Source: Zymomonas mobilis subsp. mobilis ATCC 10988
Lineage (GTDB): Bacteria > Pseudomonadota > Alphaproteobacteria > Sphingomonadales > Sphingomonadaceae
Assembly: GCF_000175255.2 (NCBI RefSeq)
Contig: NC_017262.1
Span: forward strand, 1,620,001-1,652,000
Direction: 5' to 3'
DNA: 32,000 nt
Positions 19,288-29,506 of the stretch are shown piece by piece. The position numbers and the translations under genes were made by a program. Under the pieces are notes generated by a model, which saw only the letters and a program-made list of their open reading frames with translations, made no database searches and was not told where the DNA came from. Every line of letters starts with the position of its first letter. Position 1 is the stretch's first letter.

Positions 19288-19845
19288 ATGAGCTCGGATA
19301 AGGCTTCTTCCTTAGCGTCTATCGGACGTGCAATGCGTTTACCTTTGCTAGGAGCGGTTCTTCTGGCGGCTGCGGGAACAACTTTGGCTCTGGCGGGGAC
19401 ATCTTCCCCTGCAAGATTGGCGCAGTCTCCTGAAAAGTTTTTGGCCGATAATGAACATCATAAGGGCGTGCAAAAAACGCCTTCCGGCTTGCAATATAAA
19501 ATCATCAAAAAAGGCAAAGGTGTTCAGCCGAAAATCAATGACATGGTTTCTGTCGAATATCAGGGTAGCTTGACTGACGGAACTGTTTTTGATTCGACCG
19601 CTCGCAATGGTGGCGCTCCGGTTATGATGCCAGTTGCAAGAGTTATTCCCGGTTTTTCCGAGGCTTTGCAATTGATGCAGCAAGGCGGTGAATATCGTTT
19701 CTGGATTCCTCCCCAGCTTGGCTATGGATCTGAAGGGGCAGGGGGTGTTATTCCTCCTAATGCTGTTCTTATTTTTGATGTGAAGCTGGTCTCTGTCGTG
19801 CCAGCGCCGCCAGCCGATGCGACGAGCCTACCCTCGATACAATAA
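19288..19845 (+). CDS. FKBP-type peptidyl-prolyl cis-trans isomerase, exported
   Basis: N-terminal hydrophobic segment, then 'GLQYKIIKKGKGVQPKINDMVSVEYQGSLTDGTVFDSTARNGG...VIPGFSEALQLMQQGGEYRFWIPPQLGYG'. Confidence 0.93.
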   Translation: MSSDKASSLASIGRAMRLPLLGAVLLAAAGTTLALAGTSSPARLAQSPEKFLADNEHHKGVQKTPSGLQYKIIKKGKGVQPKINDMVSVEYQGSLTDGTVFDSTARNGGAPVMMPVARVIPGFSEALQLMQQGGEYRFWIPPQLGYGSEGAGGVIPPNAVLIFDVKLVSVVPAPPADATSLPSIQ

Positions 19846-19924
19846 ACGCCCCTTAACACGCTGCAAAGCCGGACTACTTAAAATCCGGCCATGTCTTTAA
19901 AGGCGTGCCTTGAAAGCGGTGAGG

Positions 19925-21043
19925 CTATTCATCGTCTTTGTTTCTGCTGTTCAGCATGAATTGTTTGACGTGATTGCGTTGCTGATGCTCTTCGCGTTCT
20001 GTAACGATTTTCGAATATTCTTCTAAAGAAACTTTTGCGATAGCGACCAAGGGATCGGCTAATGCCAGCCCCATAATGCCGAACAGTGCGCCTAGTAAAA
20101 TCTGAGCGCCTAATTCCAGAGCAGGCGGCAAGTTAACAGAGCGCCGCGCTACAATCGGGACAATCAAATAGCCATCAATGGTCTGGACAATAGCATAGAC
20201 ACCCATTGCCCAAAGCCCCGTCTGAACATTTTGGCTAAAACCTACCAGACAAATCAACAAGCCAGAGATCAGCGCGCCGATATTCGGTAAGAAAGCTAAT
20301 AATCCAGTCAACAGGCCTAAAAGCGTCGCCATAGGCACGCCAGTTGCCAAAAGAAGCAACCAAGTCCCGACCCCTTCAATGGCCATACCCAGAAGGCGGC
20401 CAGCCATCAGCCGCCGTAGGTTATTATTGGCAATGTTAAAAATCCGGTAAAAATCTGGGCGTTTCGCAATCGGTATCATCCATGCAAAACCCCTTTCGTA
20501 AAGATGGGGTTCAATGGCAACAAAGATACCAATAACCATAATCATTGCCCCGCCAGAGACCGCTCCAAGAGCATTTCCGACAAAAGCGCTAACTTCGCCG
20601 AAAGACCCAAAGAGTCGTTGGGCGATATCGCTGCTGGATACATGGGGCGACATCAGGCCATTACTGACCAACCAGTCGCGGATATTGATAAACTGGGTCG
20701 TTAAAGTAGCCTGCAAGGCATCTAGCTGGCCCCCTAATTGGTAAACAGCGAGATACAAGGTAAAAGCGAGGAAAATAGCCACACAGATACAGACAATAGC
20801 TAATCGGTATCCTCGGCCTATTTTTAGAACACGCCCCAATAAACGGGTGCCGTCATCCAAGAGAGAAGCGAAAACCAAACCGGCAATAATTAAAAGTATC
20901 GGTTGGATAAGGAGGCAAAGCAACGCCGTGCCTCCTGCCATTGAAATCCAAACGGCTGCCTTTTTAAATTCCCGTGCTGTAAAATCATGAAAGAGATCAC
21001 TGGGACCGGGCTTTTCCGGTGGCCGCTTCTTTGTTTCCGGCAT
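19925..21043 (-). CDS. AI-2E/PerM-family transporter
   Basis: 372 aa with multiple TM segments; 'ATLLGLLTGLLAFLPNIGALISGLLICLVGFSQNVQTGLWAMGVYAIVQTIDGYLIVPIVARRSVNLPPALELGAQILLG'. Confidence 0.88.
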   Translation of the reverse strand: MPETKKRPPEKPGPSDLFHDFTAREFKKAAVWISMAGGTALLCLLIQPILLIIAGLVFASLLDDGTRLLGRVLKIGRGYRLAIVCICVAIFLAFTLYLAVYQLGGQLDALQATLTTQFINIRDWLVSNGLMSPHVSSSDIAQRLFGSFGEVSAFVGNALGAVSGGAMIMVIGIFVAIEPHLYERGFAWMIPIAKRPDFYRIFNIANNNLRRLMAGRLLGMAIEGVGTWLLLLATGVPMATLLGLLTGLLAFLPNIGALISGLLICLVGFSQNVQTGLWAMGVYAIVQTIDGYLIVPIVARRSVNLPPALELGAQILLGALFGIMGLALADPLVAIAKVSLEEYSKIVTEREEHQQRNHVKQFMLNSRNKDDE

Positions 21044-21052
21044 TTAAAAACC

Positions 21053-21931
21053 TTATGGTTTGGCTTCGGTAGGGTGCAGATTGAGACCACTTCTGCCGCT
21101 ACGGAAAGATTTGAACCAGCTAAGCGGATTCCAGATTTTAGCAGAGCCGTCCAAGGAGAAAGTGATAAATTCAGCCCGACCGCCTAAACTCTCAATAGGA
21201 ACGGGGCCGCCCAATCCATGTTCTTCCAAGGGGAAACGACTATCTGCTGATTGGTCACGGTTATCACCCATCAGGAAAACATAACCCTCCGGTATTGTCA
21301 CCGGTCCATAGTCATCAGCCTGTGGAATGTAACCTAAATCCAAAGTTTCATAACGAACGCCATTCGGAAGGGTTTCCTCGATGCGAGGCATTTTACAATA
21401 ACGTCGTCCATCTTGACCGGTAACCTGTTCCATGGCGAGATAGCCATTATTTTCACAAGGCATATTCTGATCAATTGGAATCATGGCCGGAGACATCATT
21501 CTCCGCTTAACAGGCTTACCGTTAATAATCAGAATCCCGTTTTCGACTGAAAGAGTGTCGCCCGGTAAACCAATAACCCGTTTGATATAATCGCTTTTCT
21601 GGCCGCGTGGCACAACGATAACAACATCACCCCGTTTCGGCATATGCCCGAACAGGCGGCCATGAAAAAACGGCAGAAAATGGAAAATCGGCGAAGCGTA
21701 AGACCAGCCATAAGGATATTTGGAAACGACCAGACGATCCCCGTTTAACAAGGTCGGCATCATCGATTCTGACGGGATATAGAAAGGTTTGACGATAAAG
21801 CTCTGAACGATACCGACTAAAAGTAGAATGTAAAAAATACCTTTAATCTCATGCCATAAACTGAATTTTTTAGGCATGTCTTCTTGTGACTGAGTCATGT
21901 CGTCACTGTCTAAACTTTTATCTTGATTCAT
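21053..21931 (-). CDS. lepB: Signal peptidase I
   Basis: 'FYIPSESMMPTLLNGDRLVVSKYPYG', 'PKRGDVVIVVPRGQKSDYIKRVIGLPGDTL', 'VFLMGDNRDQSADSR'. Confidence 0.96.
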   Translation of the reverse strand: MNQDKSLDSDDMTQSQEDMPKKFSLWHEIKGIFYILLLVGIVQSFIVKPFYIPSESMMPTLLNGDRLVVSKYPYGWSYASPIFHFLPFFHGRLFGHMPKRGDVVIVVPRGQKSDYIKRVIGLPGDTLSVENGILIINGKPVKRRMMSPAMIPIDQNMPCENNGYLAMEQVTGQDGRRYCKMPRIEETLPNGVRYETLDLGYIPQADDYGPVTIPEGYVFLMGDNRDQSADSRFPLEEHGLGGPVPIESLGGRAEFITFSLDGSAKIWNPLSWFKSFRSGRSGLNLHPTEAKP

Positions 21932-21986
21932 TCAGGCTTTTACCTTTTTGAGCCAGTTTATTCTGACTTTGACTATATCGTTTCAC

Positions 21987-22391
21987 TTATTCAGGACAGG
22001 CTTCTATTACAACGAAAGCCAAAGCCCAAGGGTGATCATCACTTAAACTAAGGTGAATAGAAAGGGTATGCCTTGGCGGTTTCTTTTCCTCAAGTAAAAG
22101 CGCAGCCTTTCCCGATATATTCACTTTGGGTGCGCCTAAAGAGTCATTCGATATGCTGATATCCTGAAAAGAAATCGAATGGCGAAAGCCGGTTCCGAGT
22201 GCTTTGACAAAAGCCTCTTTTGCGGCAAAGCGTTTGGCAAAAAAGGCTGCTTTTGTCATTGAAAAAGCAGAAGATGCTTCGATTTCTTCACAAGAAAACA
22301 GGCGTTTTATAAAACGCCCGCTTTCTTTTTTACCAAGAATGGTCGTGATACGATCAATATTACAAAGATCAGTGCCGATCCCGATGATCAT
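21987..22391 (-). CDS. acpS: Holo-[acyl-carrier-protein] synthase
   Basis: '[21 protein letters not shown]', '[21 protein letters not shown]'. Confidence 0.95.
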   Translation of the reverse strand: MIIGIGTDLCNIDRITTILGKKESGRFIKRLFSCEEIEASSAFSMTKAAFFAKRFAAKEAFVKALGTGFRHSISFQDISISNDSLGAPKVNISGKAALLLEEKKPPRHTLSIHLSLSDDHPWALAFVVIEACPE

Positions 22392-23158
22392 AAAGCGATA
22401 TGCTTGACCAGAAAATCGACCTTGTCTTCAGCACGGGCGGCATCCATTAAATAGCGCATCCGTTTGATACTGGCTTCAAGTCCGATGAAAATCGCCTCAC
22501 CGATCAGGAAATGGCCGATATTCAATTCGGCAATTTCTTCCAAAGCGGCAATCGGTATCACATTTTCATAAGTAAGACCGTGACCGGCATGAACCTCGAT
22601 ATTGAGGCTTTTTGCCAGCTTGGCCGCTTGCTCTATACGGATCAGCTCGGCTGCCAGTTCTTCATTAACGCTATTGGCATAATGGCCGGTATGCAATTCG
22701 ATAACCGGCACATTCAAGGCCTTGGCGGCTCTGATCTGGGTTTCATCCGGTTCGATGAACAAACTGACCCGAATACCGGCGGCCAATAATTTCGCAACAA
22801 TCGGCTTTAAGCTGTCAATCTGGCCTGCGGCATCAAGGCCGCCTTCGGTTGTCTGTTCTTCCCGTTTTTCAGGAACCAGACAGACCGCATGGGGGCGATG
22901 CTGAAGCGCGATTTCCAGCATTTCTTCGGTGGCTGCCATTTCCAGATTAAGGGGCAGCGTAATGCCTTTTTCAAGATTAACCAGATCGTCATCGCTAATA
23001 TGACGGCGATCTTCTCGAAGATGGGTCGTAATCCCATCGGCACCCGCATGTGCGGCCAGCTGGGCAGCTCTTACAGGATCAGGATGGGTTCCACCGCGTG
23101 CATTGCGAATAGTGGCAACATGGTCAATATTGACCCCAAGCCTTATTCTTTTGGTCAT
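22388..23158 (-). CDS. pdxJ: Pyridoxine 5'-phosphate synthase
   Basis: '[49 protein letters not shown]'; 4-bp overlap with acpS. Confidence 0.97.
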   Translation of the reverse strand: MTKRIRLGVNIDHVATIRNARGGTHPDPVRAAQLAAHAGADGITTHLREDRRHISDDDLVNLEKGITLPLNLEMAATEEMLEIALQHRPHAVCLVPEKREEQTTEGGLDAAGQIDSLKPIVAKLLAAGIRVSLFIEPDETQIRAAKALNVPVIELHTGHYANSVNEELAAELIRIEQAAKLAKSLNIEVHAGHGLTYENVIPIAALEEIAELNIGHFLIGEAIFIGLEASIKRMRYLMDAARAEDKVDFLVKHIAL

Positions 23159-23179
23159 TTCGTCCTCTTGAGCCTTGTT

Positions 23180-23767
23180 TTAAGCGGGCTTGGCCCGGCT
23201 ACCGGGTTTTACCGCAGGAATCGCGGCCAGTTCCGGGGGAAGCTCATCGACAGCATAGGTCGGGACATCCAGTTTCAGCAAGGGGAAGAAAGGCACGTCA
23301 AAAGCTGCTTTGCCATTTGAACGGTCAACCAAGGAAGCCGCAGCAATAACTTTACCGCCGGCTTTCTCAATCGCATGGATTGTTTCACGAGAAGACAGGC
23401 CAGTTGTAACCACATCTTCGACCATCAGAATTTTCTGACCTTCGCTAATCGAAAAACCGCGACGCAGTTCAAAAACGCCGGTCGGACGTTCCATGAACAT
23501 GGCATCCACATTCAAAGCGCGTGCAACTTCCTGACCAATGATGATGCCGCCCATGGCAGGCGAGATAACGGCTGATATTTCCTGTTTCAGATCATCTGGA
23601 ATCCGCGAAACCAAAGCAGAGGCCAGACGACCAGCCCGTGCCGGATTCATCAAAACGCGGGCGCATTGCAAATAACGCGGCGATCTTAAACCGGATGAAA
23701 GGATAAAATGGCCTTCCAACAAGGCACCTGCATCACGGAATTCAGCTAATATCTCTGCATCTGTCAT
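23180..23767 (-). CDS. pyrE: Orotate phosphoribosyltransferase
   Basis: 'MTDAEILAEFRDAGALLEGHFILSSGLRSPRYLQCARV', PRPP motif 'ILMVEDVVTTGLSSRETI'; ORF track opens at 23791 but MTDAEI at 23767 is a likely start. Confidence 0.93.
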   Translation of the reverse strand: MTDAEILAEFRDAGALLEGHFILSSGLRSPRYLQCARVLMNPARAGRLASALVSRIPDDLKQEISAVISPAMGGIIIGQEVARALNVDAMFMERPTGVFELRRGFSISEGQKILMVEDVVTTGLSSRETIHAIEKAGGKVIAAASLVDRSNGKAAFDVPFFPLLKLDVPTYAVDELPPELAAIPAVKPGSRAKPA

Positions 23768-24002
23768 GTTCGATCTTTCGTTAGAGGTCATCGGACGAAG
23801 CCGGAAGGGTTATCGTTCCTGTTTCTTTTCTACTAGCCTGTTCCTGTAACGGATGTCTATTTCTTCGCAAGATCAAGCTGTTATTTTGTCTTTGGCGGGT
23901 GATGAACAATTTACCCTTGAATTAGACGGGGCAGGGGTTGGCAATTCTTTTTCTTTCCCCACATAAATATCAAAGAAACGGGCAATAAAAAGGACGCTGA
24001 TT

Positions 24003-24917
24003 GTGTCAACCTTAGGACTAAGCAGCGCTGATCAAAAAGCGATTGAAAATTTTCGGCAGCAAGCGGTAGAACCCTCTGAAACAAAGTTGGTCTTGCTGTA
24101 TTTTTCGGCCACATGGTCTAACGCTTGCAAAAGCTTCGGAGCGATGCTGGCTAATATTGCTAAAAGCTATGCTTCAAAAGGCGTTGTCGTTACGTCATTT
24201 GATATTGACCAGAATAAAATCATTGCCGATCAATTACGGGTTCAATCGGTTCCAACCCTTTATGCGTTATTTCAAGGGCAGTTAGTCGCTGACCTTACGC
24301 CTGCGAATGGTGAGGCACAGCTTAAACAAGCCTTGGATCAATTACTGACACAATTACCGATCGCTGCCGAGGCCGCAGGCGAAGAAGACATCGAGCAAAT
24401 CCTCGAAGCTGGTAACAAGGCCTTGGATGATAGTGATGCCGAACAAGCCGTTACTCTTTTGGGGCAGGCCTATGACCTCAAACCGGAAGAGGCAGCGGTT
24501 GTGGGGGCTTATGCGCGGGCGTTGATTTTGGCAGGCGATATAAAAAAGGCCGAGGCATTACTCTCTGCTTTACCAGAAGATATGAAAGATAAGCCGGAAA
24601 TCCATCGGGCAGAAGCGGCACTATCTTTGGCAAAACAGGCGGATTCTGTTAATCTGGATCAGCTTGAAAACCTCCGCGCCAAGGTTGAAAATTATCCTGA
24701 TGATGATGAAGCCCGTTTCGCATTGGCTTGTGATCTGATAGCGGTCGGTAATCGGGATGGTGCGGCTGATCAATTATTGGCTATTCTGGCACATAATCGT
24801 GACTGGAATGAGGGGGCAGCCCGCACTAAACTTCTTCAACTTTTTGAGGTTGTTGGCATTGAAGACCCTTGGGTTTCAGCCCAGCGGCGTCGCTTGTCAG
24901 CTATATTATTTCGCTAA
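24003..24917 (+). CDS. Thioredoxin-like/TPR protein (YbbN/CnoX-like)
   Basis: Thioredoxin fold with degenerate active site 'SATWSNACKSFG' instead of WCGPC, then a TPR-like C-terminal half; GTG start. Confidence 0.88.
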   Translation: MSTLGLSSADQKAIENFRQQAVEPSETKLVLLYFSATWSNACKSFGAMLANIAKSYASKGVVVTSFDIDQNKIIADQLRVQSVPTLYALFQGQLVADLTPANGEAQLKQALDQLLTQLPIAAEAAGEEDIEQILEAGNKALDDSDAEQAVTLLGQAYDLKPEEAAVVGAYARALILAGDIKKAEALLSALPEDMKDKPEIHRAEAALSLAKQADSVNLDQLENLRAKVENYPDDDEARFALACDLIAVGNRDGAADQLLAILAHNRDWNEGAARTKLLQLFEVVGIEDPWVSAQRRRLSAILFR

Positions 24918-25561
24918 TGACTATAAACAGTTTTACAATACCTATTTTCCCGTTGCCGGGGATTGTTCTGTTCCCGCGTTCGATTTTGCATCTGCATGTT
25001 TTTGCATTGCCTTATCGAACGCTGGTTTCGAATGCGTTGGTTCGTGATCGCAGGATAGGGATTATCCAGCCAAAATTGGGGGTAGGAGAAAGCCTGAAGC
25101 GCGAAACGCCGCTTTATTCTGTCGGCAGCATTGGTCAGATCGTCGAGGCAGAAGCCTTGGATGACGGTTGTTTTAATCTGGTGCTGGAAGGTATCAGTCG
25201 TTTTAACCTGATCCGCGAAGTCGAGTCAGATACGCCTTTCCGTCAGGTCGAAGCGACCTTTGAGGGTTTTGATGACAAGAAGCTGCCGCAAGCCTTGGAA
25301 TTAGCGCAGCGCTGCCAAATAGAAGAGCGGGCGCATTGGTTTGCTCAAACGCAAGGCTTGAATATTGATTGGCAATCGGCTGACCAACTGGATGACGAAT
25401 CTTTGATGAATAACATCATCCAGCTTTCGCCTTTTGATACGGGTATCAAGCAAGCCCTATTAGAAAGCACTGACCTGACAGAGCGAGCAGATCTATTGAT
25501 GAGTGCGCTTAATTTCTTTGGTCACCAACAAGGTGAAGATAGAAAAATGACACTTCATTAA
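24917..25561 (+). CDS. LON peptidase N-terminal (substrate-binding) domain protein
   Basis: 'MTINSFTIPIFPLPGIVLFPRSILHLHVFALPYRTLVSNALVRDRRIGIIQPK'; start codon overlaps the previous stop (TAATG). Confidence 0.88.
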   Translation: MTINSFTIPIFPLPGIVLFPRSILHLHVFALPYRTLVSNALVRDRRIGIIQPKLGVGESLKRETPLYSVGSIGQIVEAEALDDGCFNLVLEGISRFNLIREVESDTPFRQVEATFEGFDDKKLPQALELAQRCQIEERAHWFAQTQGLNIDWQSADQLDDESLMNNIIQLSPFDTGIKQALLESTDLTERADLLMSALNFFGHQQGEDRKMTLH

Positions 25562-25565
25562 AAAG

Positions 25566-25595
25566 AAACCGGCCTCAATATATCAAGGCCGGTTT
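25566..25595. terminator. Bidirectional Rho-independent terminator between convergent genes
   Basis: aaaccggcct-caatatatca-aggccggttt, 10-bp perfect stem with A/T tracts on both sides. Confidence 0.9.
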
Positions 25596-25601
25596 TTGTT
25601 T

Positions 25602-26819
25602 TTAAAGGCTGTTACCCGTTAACAGTCGTGGTAATTTCCCACTATCGCCTCGCGCCTCAGCCAAGAAAAAGTTTTTGATAAAGCCCATATTGTTAATGGC
25701 CTTGAAACCAACTCGTCGGACGAAAGAGGCGACTTTCCCTGGAACAGCAAAAATACGAACAAGAGCATCGGTGCCAGCTGCGATCGCGAAATTATCAAGG
25801 CTGCGCCAACGGGCATAGCGTTCCAATAAGATGGCATCGCCTAGATCCATACCAAGCCGCCGCCCTTCAACTAATATTTCCGTTAAAGCCGCAACATCTC
25901 GTAATCCCAGATTTAAGCCTTGTCCGGCGATGGGATGGATGCCATGGGCAGCATCCGCAATCAAAGCTAGCCTTAGATCAGTCATTTTTGAGGTGAACTG
26001 GAAGGAAAGGGGGTAGGCCGTCGGATGGGATGCGAAATCCAGCTTTCCTAATATGCCGCCCGTCAATCGGGTTACTTCGGCAAAAAACGGACGTTCTGGT
26101 AAATTTTTGACAGCTTCCGCTTCTTGCCTCGGCACTGTCCAAACCAAAGCAGAACGATGGCGGCCTCCTTGATCTTGCATCGGCAAAAGAGCCACGGGGC
26201 CTTTGGTATAAAAGATTTCATGAGCGATATGATGATGCGGCTTTTCGTGGAATAACGTGCAGATCACCGCTGCATGATTATAATTCCACCCCGTTAAATT
26301 GATACCTGCCGCTTGTCTGGTCGGTGAAGCCCGCCCTTCTGCTCCGACAAGCAGGGAGGCCGTTATTTTTCGGCCATCAGCCAAGGTAGCCGAAACACCA
26401 TCATGGCGGCGCTCTGTTTCCACCGCATGAGCCGGTTGTAGCAAAGTGACATGCTCAGCCGCCAAAGTCGCTTCATAAAGTGCCTGCCGCAGATAGCGAT
26501 TTTCTAGCATATAGCCGGAAGGATTGTCTTTCGAGGATTCAAAGCAAAGATCAGGCGCTTTCAATTGATCGCTGGTTCTGACCGTGTGAATAGGGCAGCC
26601 TTTTCCTTCAAGGCTTTCTTTCAGGCCGATGGCTTCCAATAATTTCCAGCAAGAGCTGGCGATGGCGGTTGTCCGTCCATCATAGCCCTTTTCCAACATT
26701 CTGATCGGGTCGGATGTATCGACCACAATGGAACTAATATTATAGCGATCAAGGGCTACCGCCAAGGTCATACCGGCAAAACCGCCACCCAATATTAAAA
26801 CATCTGCTTTTAAATGCAT
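25602..26819 (-). CDS. UbiH/UbiF/VisC/COQ6-family FAD-dependent hydroxylase (ubiquinone biosynthesis)
   Basis: 'ADVLILGGGFAGMTLAVALDRYNISSIVVD', 'LIADAAHGIHPIAGQGLNLGLRDVAALTEIL'. Confidence 0.92.
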   Translation of the reverse strand: MHLKADVLILGGGFAGMTLAVALDRYNISSIVVDTSDPIRMLEKGYDGRTTAIASSCWKLLEAIGLKESLEGKGCPIHTVRTSDQLKAPDLCFESSKDNPSGYMLENRYLRQALYEATLAAEHVTLLQPAHAVETERRHDGVSATLADGRKITASLLVGAEGRASPTRQAAGINLTGWNYNHAAVICTLFHEKPHHHIAHEIFYTKGPVALLPMQDQGGRHRSALVWTVPRQEAEAVKNLPERPFFAEVTRLTGGILGKLDFASHPTAYPLSFQFTSKMTDLRLALIADAAHGIHPIAGQGLNLGLRDVAALTEILVEGRRLGMDLGDAILLERYARWRSLDNFAIAAGTDALVRIFAVPGKVASFVRRVGFKAINNMGFIKNFFLAEARGDSGKLPRLLTGNSL

Positions 26820-27002
26820 GGCGATTTCTCCTGCTGCCTCTTCCTGATCTATTCAAACCGATTTTATATAAAACAGTCCGATTTCTGAATAGAGGGCGGC
26901 CTGTTCATTATATCCAGAATATAGTAAGGAAATTTATTCTAAAATGATATTCCTATCAGGTTACACCATTCGCAATTGAAAAAATCGGGGTTAAATTCAC
27001 CT

Positions 27003-29411
27003 ATGGCAACAGGCATCATTTCCGAAATAACCGGATCGGAATGGCAAGCAAAGATGCGTTATTTTGTGACGCGCTCTGCCTGCTTTATTGTGGCTGTTGC
27101 TTTATTTGCCAGCACTGTTTTTCTTTTTGCGGCCTTGATGGGCTATAATTCAACTGATCCTGCTTTTAATACAGCGGCGGCGGGGCCTGCCCGTAATATT
27201 ACTGGTGATATTGGGGCATGGTTTTCGGATTTCTTATTAAGTTTTATCGGATTGCCGGTGTTGTTGGTTTTACCGCCGATGTTGGTCACCGCTTTCCGTC
27301 TGTGGCGGCATGTGCAGCAAGAACGCCCTTTCCGTCATTTGGCATTGATGATTCTGGGGGTAATGCTGGTATCAGCCGCCGCCGGTTTGATGAGTGATAG
27401 CCAAAGTGGCCTGCCTGCCGGATGGGGTGGCGGCGTTGGTCTGTTGAGCAATGCGATCATTCACAAAATACAGTCATTTTTTTCTCCAGCGGTCTCATCG
27501 GCTATCCATGCCGTTTCTTTTTGCCTTTTCCTTGTGGGGGGCGGCGCACTCTGGCTATGGGGACTGGGTTTTGATGCCTATGAAAAGGCGGTTTTAAACC
27601 GGATTTTCTCCCGCTTGCGCTTTTCTTCGAGAAAAAGCGAAAAGCAAAAAACTGCGGCAAAAAGTAGCCAACCCGTTTCCTCTAGTCGCGTGGTAACCAG
27701 AGAAAATACGGTTTCTCCGGCGGTTGAAAATCCAAATGACGAACCAATGACTTCTGTTGAAGAGGTCGAGGTATTAGACGTCCTCGAAGAGGATATTGTC
27801 GAAAAATCGGAATCTCGCCCAATCATCACAACTTATTCGCCCAAGATAGATTCCAGCGATCCTGCCAAAAGAAAGACCGTTCACGAACAAACCAATTACG
27901 CTTTGCCGTCGATCGACTTTTTGCAAGAAATCGCGGCATATGCCGTCCATGCGGTCGATCATGATGCCTTGGAACGGAATGCACGGCTATTGGAAACCGT
28001 GCTTCAGGATTTCCATGTCCGTGGTCAGATTGTCGAAATTCGCCCCGGACCTGTCGTGACCATGTATGAATTGGAACCGGATGCCGGTATTAAAGCCAGT
28101 CGCGTTATTGCCTTGGCCGATGATATTGCCCGTTATATGTCCGCAGAATCGGCACGTATCGCGGTTATTCCGGGACGAACGGTTATCGGTATTGAATTGC
28201 CTAATCCTAAAAGAGACATGGTCTCTTTGCGGGAATTGGTCGGCTCCGAAGTCTATGATAACCAACAAGGCTCCTTACCCCTTATTCTCGGTAAAAATAT
28301 TGCCGGTGATCCGGTTATTACCGATCTTGCACCTATGCCCCATTTGTTGGTCGCTGGTACCACGGGTTCCGGTAAATCGGTCGGTATCAACTGCATGATT
28401 TTATCGCTGTTATACCGTCTTACCCCCGACCAATGCCGGATGATTATGATCGATCCAAAGATGCTGGAATTGTCGATCTATGACGGTATTCCTCATCTGC
28501 TTTCCCCTGTTGTGACCGAACCTGCAAAAGCCGTTCGGGCATTGAAATGGGCGGTTGAACAAATGGAAGAACGCTATCGCATGATGGCTTCTGCTGGCGT
28601 TCGTGGCCTTGCCGGTTTTAACCAGAAGGTAAAAGAAGCGCAGGCACGGGGCGAACCGCTTAGCCGCAAGGTTCAAACCGGATATGACAAGGTCAGCGGT
28701 CAGCCGATTTACGAAGATGAGACCTTGGAATATGAGCCTTTGCCTCAAATCGTGATCGTGGTCGATGAATTAGCCGATTTGATGATGACCGCCGGTAAAG
28801 AAGTTGAATATCTTATCCAGCGCTTGGCACAAAAAGCCCGTGCTGCCGGTATTCATCTTATTATGGCAACCCAGCGACCTTCTGTTGATGTTATTACGGG
28901 GGTTATCAAGGCCAACTTGCCGACCCGTATCAGTTTTCAGGTAACGTCAAAAATCGACTCTCGCACCATCTTGGGCGAGCAGGGGGCAGAACAGCTTTTG
29001 GGCAAGGGTGATATGCTTTATATGCCCGGCGGCAAACAGGTTCTGCGTGTTCACGGGCCTTTTGTCAGCGATGGCGAGGTTCAGGCAGTTGCTGACCATT
29101 GGCGCGAGCAAGGCACGCCTGACTATATTTCATCCGTTACGGAAGAACCGGCTGATGGCGGCTATAAGCTTGAAGGCCAGCCAGACGGCGATCATGATCC
29201 AGAAACAAAACGCTATCGTGATGCGGTTCAGCTTGTGGTTGAAAGCCGGAAAGCCTCGACCAGTTGGCTGCAACGGCAATTACGGGTCGGCTATAACAAT
29301 GCCGCCCGCCTGATTGAACGGATGGAAAAAGAAGGCATTGTTTCGGCGGCCGATCATGTCGGTCGTCGGGAGGTGTTGATTCAGGCGGATGAACTGGTTT
29401 CATTGCTGTAA
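27003..29411 (+). CDS. ftsK: DNA translocase FtsK
   Basis: N-terminal TM region, Walker A 'LLVAGTTGSGKSVGINCMILSLLY', 'IVIVVDELADLMMTAGKEVEYLIQRLAQKARAAGIHLIMATQRPSVDVITG', C-terminal gamma winged-helix domain. Confidence 0.97.
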   Translation: MATGIISEITGSEWQAKMRYFVTRSACFIVAVALFASTVFLFAALMGYNSTDPAFNTAAAGPARNITGDIGAWFSDFLLSFIGLPVLLVLPPMLVTAFRLWRHVQQERPFRHLALMILGVMLVSAAAGLMSDSQSGLPAGWGGGVGLLSNAIIHKIQSFFSPAVSSAIHAVSFCLFLVGGGALWLWGLGFDAYEKAVLNRIFSRLRFSSRKSEKQKTAAKSSQPVSSSRVVTRENTVSPAVENPNDEPMTSVEEVEVLDVLEEDIVEKSESRPIITTYSPKIDSSDPAKRKTVHEQTNYALPSIDFLQEIAAYAVHAVDHDALERNARLLETVLQDFHVRGQIVEIRPGPVVTMYELEPDAGIKASRVIALADDIARYMSAESARIAVIPGRTVIGIELPNPKRDMVSLRELVGSEVYDNQQGSLPLILGKNIAGDPVITDLAPMPHLLVAGTTGSGKSVGINCMILSLLYRLTPDQCRMIMIDPKMLELSIYDGIPHLLSPVVTEPAKAVRALKWAVEQMEERYRMMASAGVRGLAGFNQKVKEAQARGEPLSRKVQTGYDKVSGQPIYEDETLEYEPLPQIVIVVDELADLMMTAGKEVEYLIQRLAQKARAAGIHLIMATQRPSVDVITGVIKANLPTRISFQVTSKIDSRTILGEQGAEQLLGKGDMLYMPGGKQVLRVHGPFVSDGEVQAVADHWREQGTPDYISSVTEEPADGGYKLEGQPDGDHDPETKRYRDAVQLVVESRKASTSWLQRQLRVGYNNAARLIERMEKEGIVSAADHVGRREVLIQADELVSLL

Positions 29412-29506
29412 TCAATTAACCTTCAGTTCACCTGAATTCTGCTCATGAACGAAAAATATAAAGTGTTTAACCCGCTATCCGCCTTTTATTGGTGAAGGAT
29501 TATTCA

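Noticed and set aside
28410-28748. Minus-strand 112-aa ORF inside ftsK
   Set aside because: Antisense shadow of the FtsK motor domain; no independent support.
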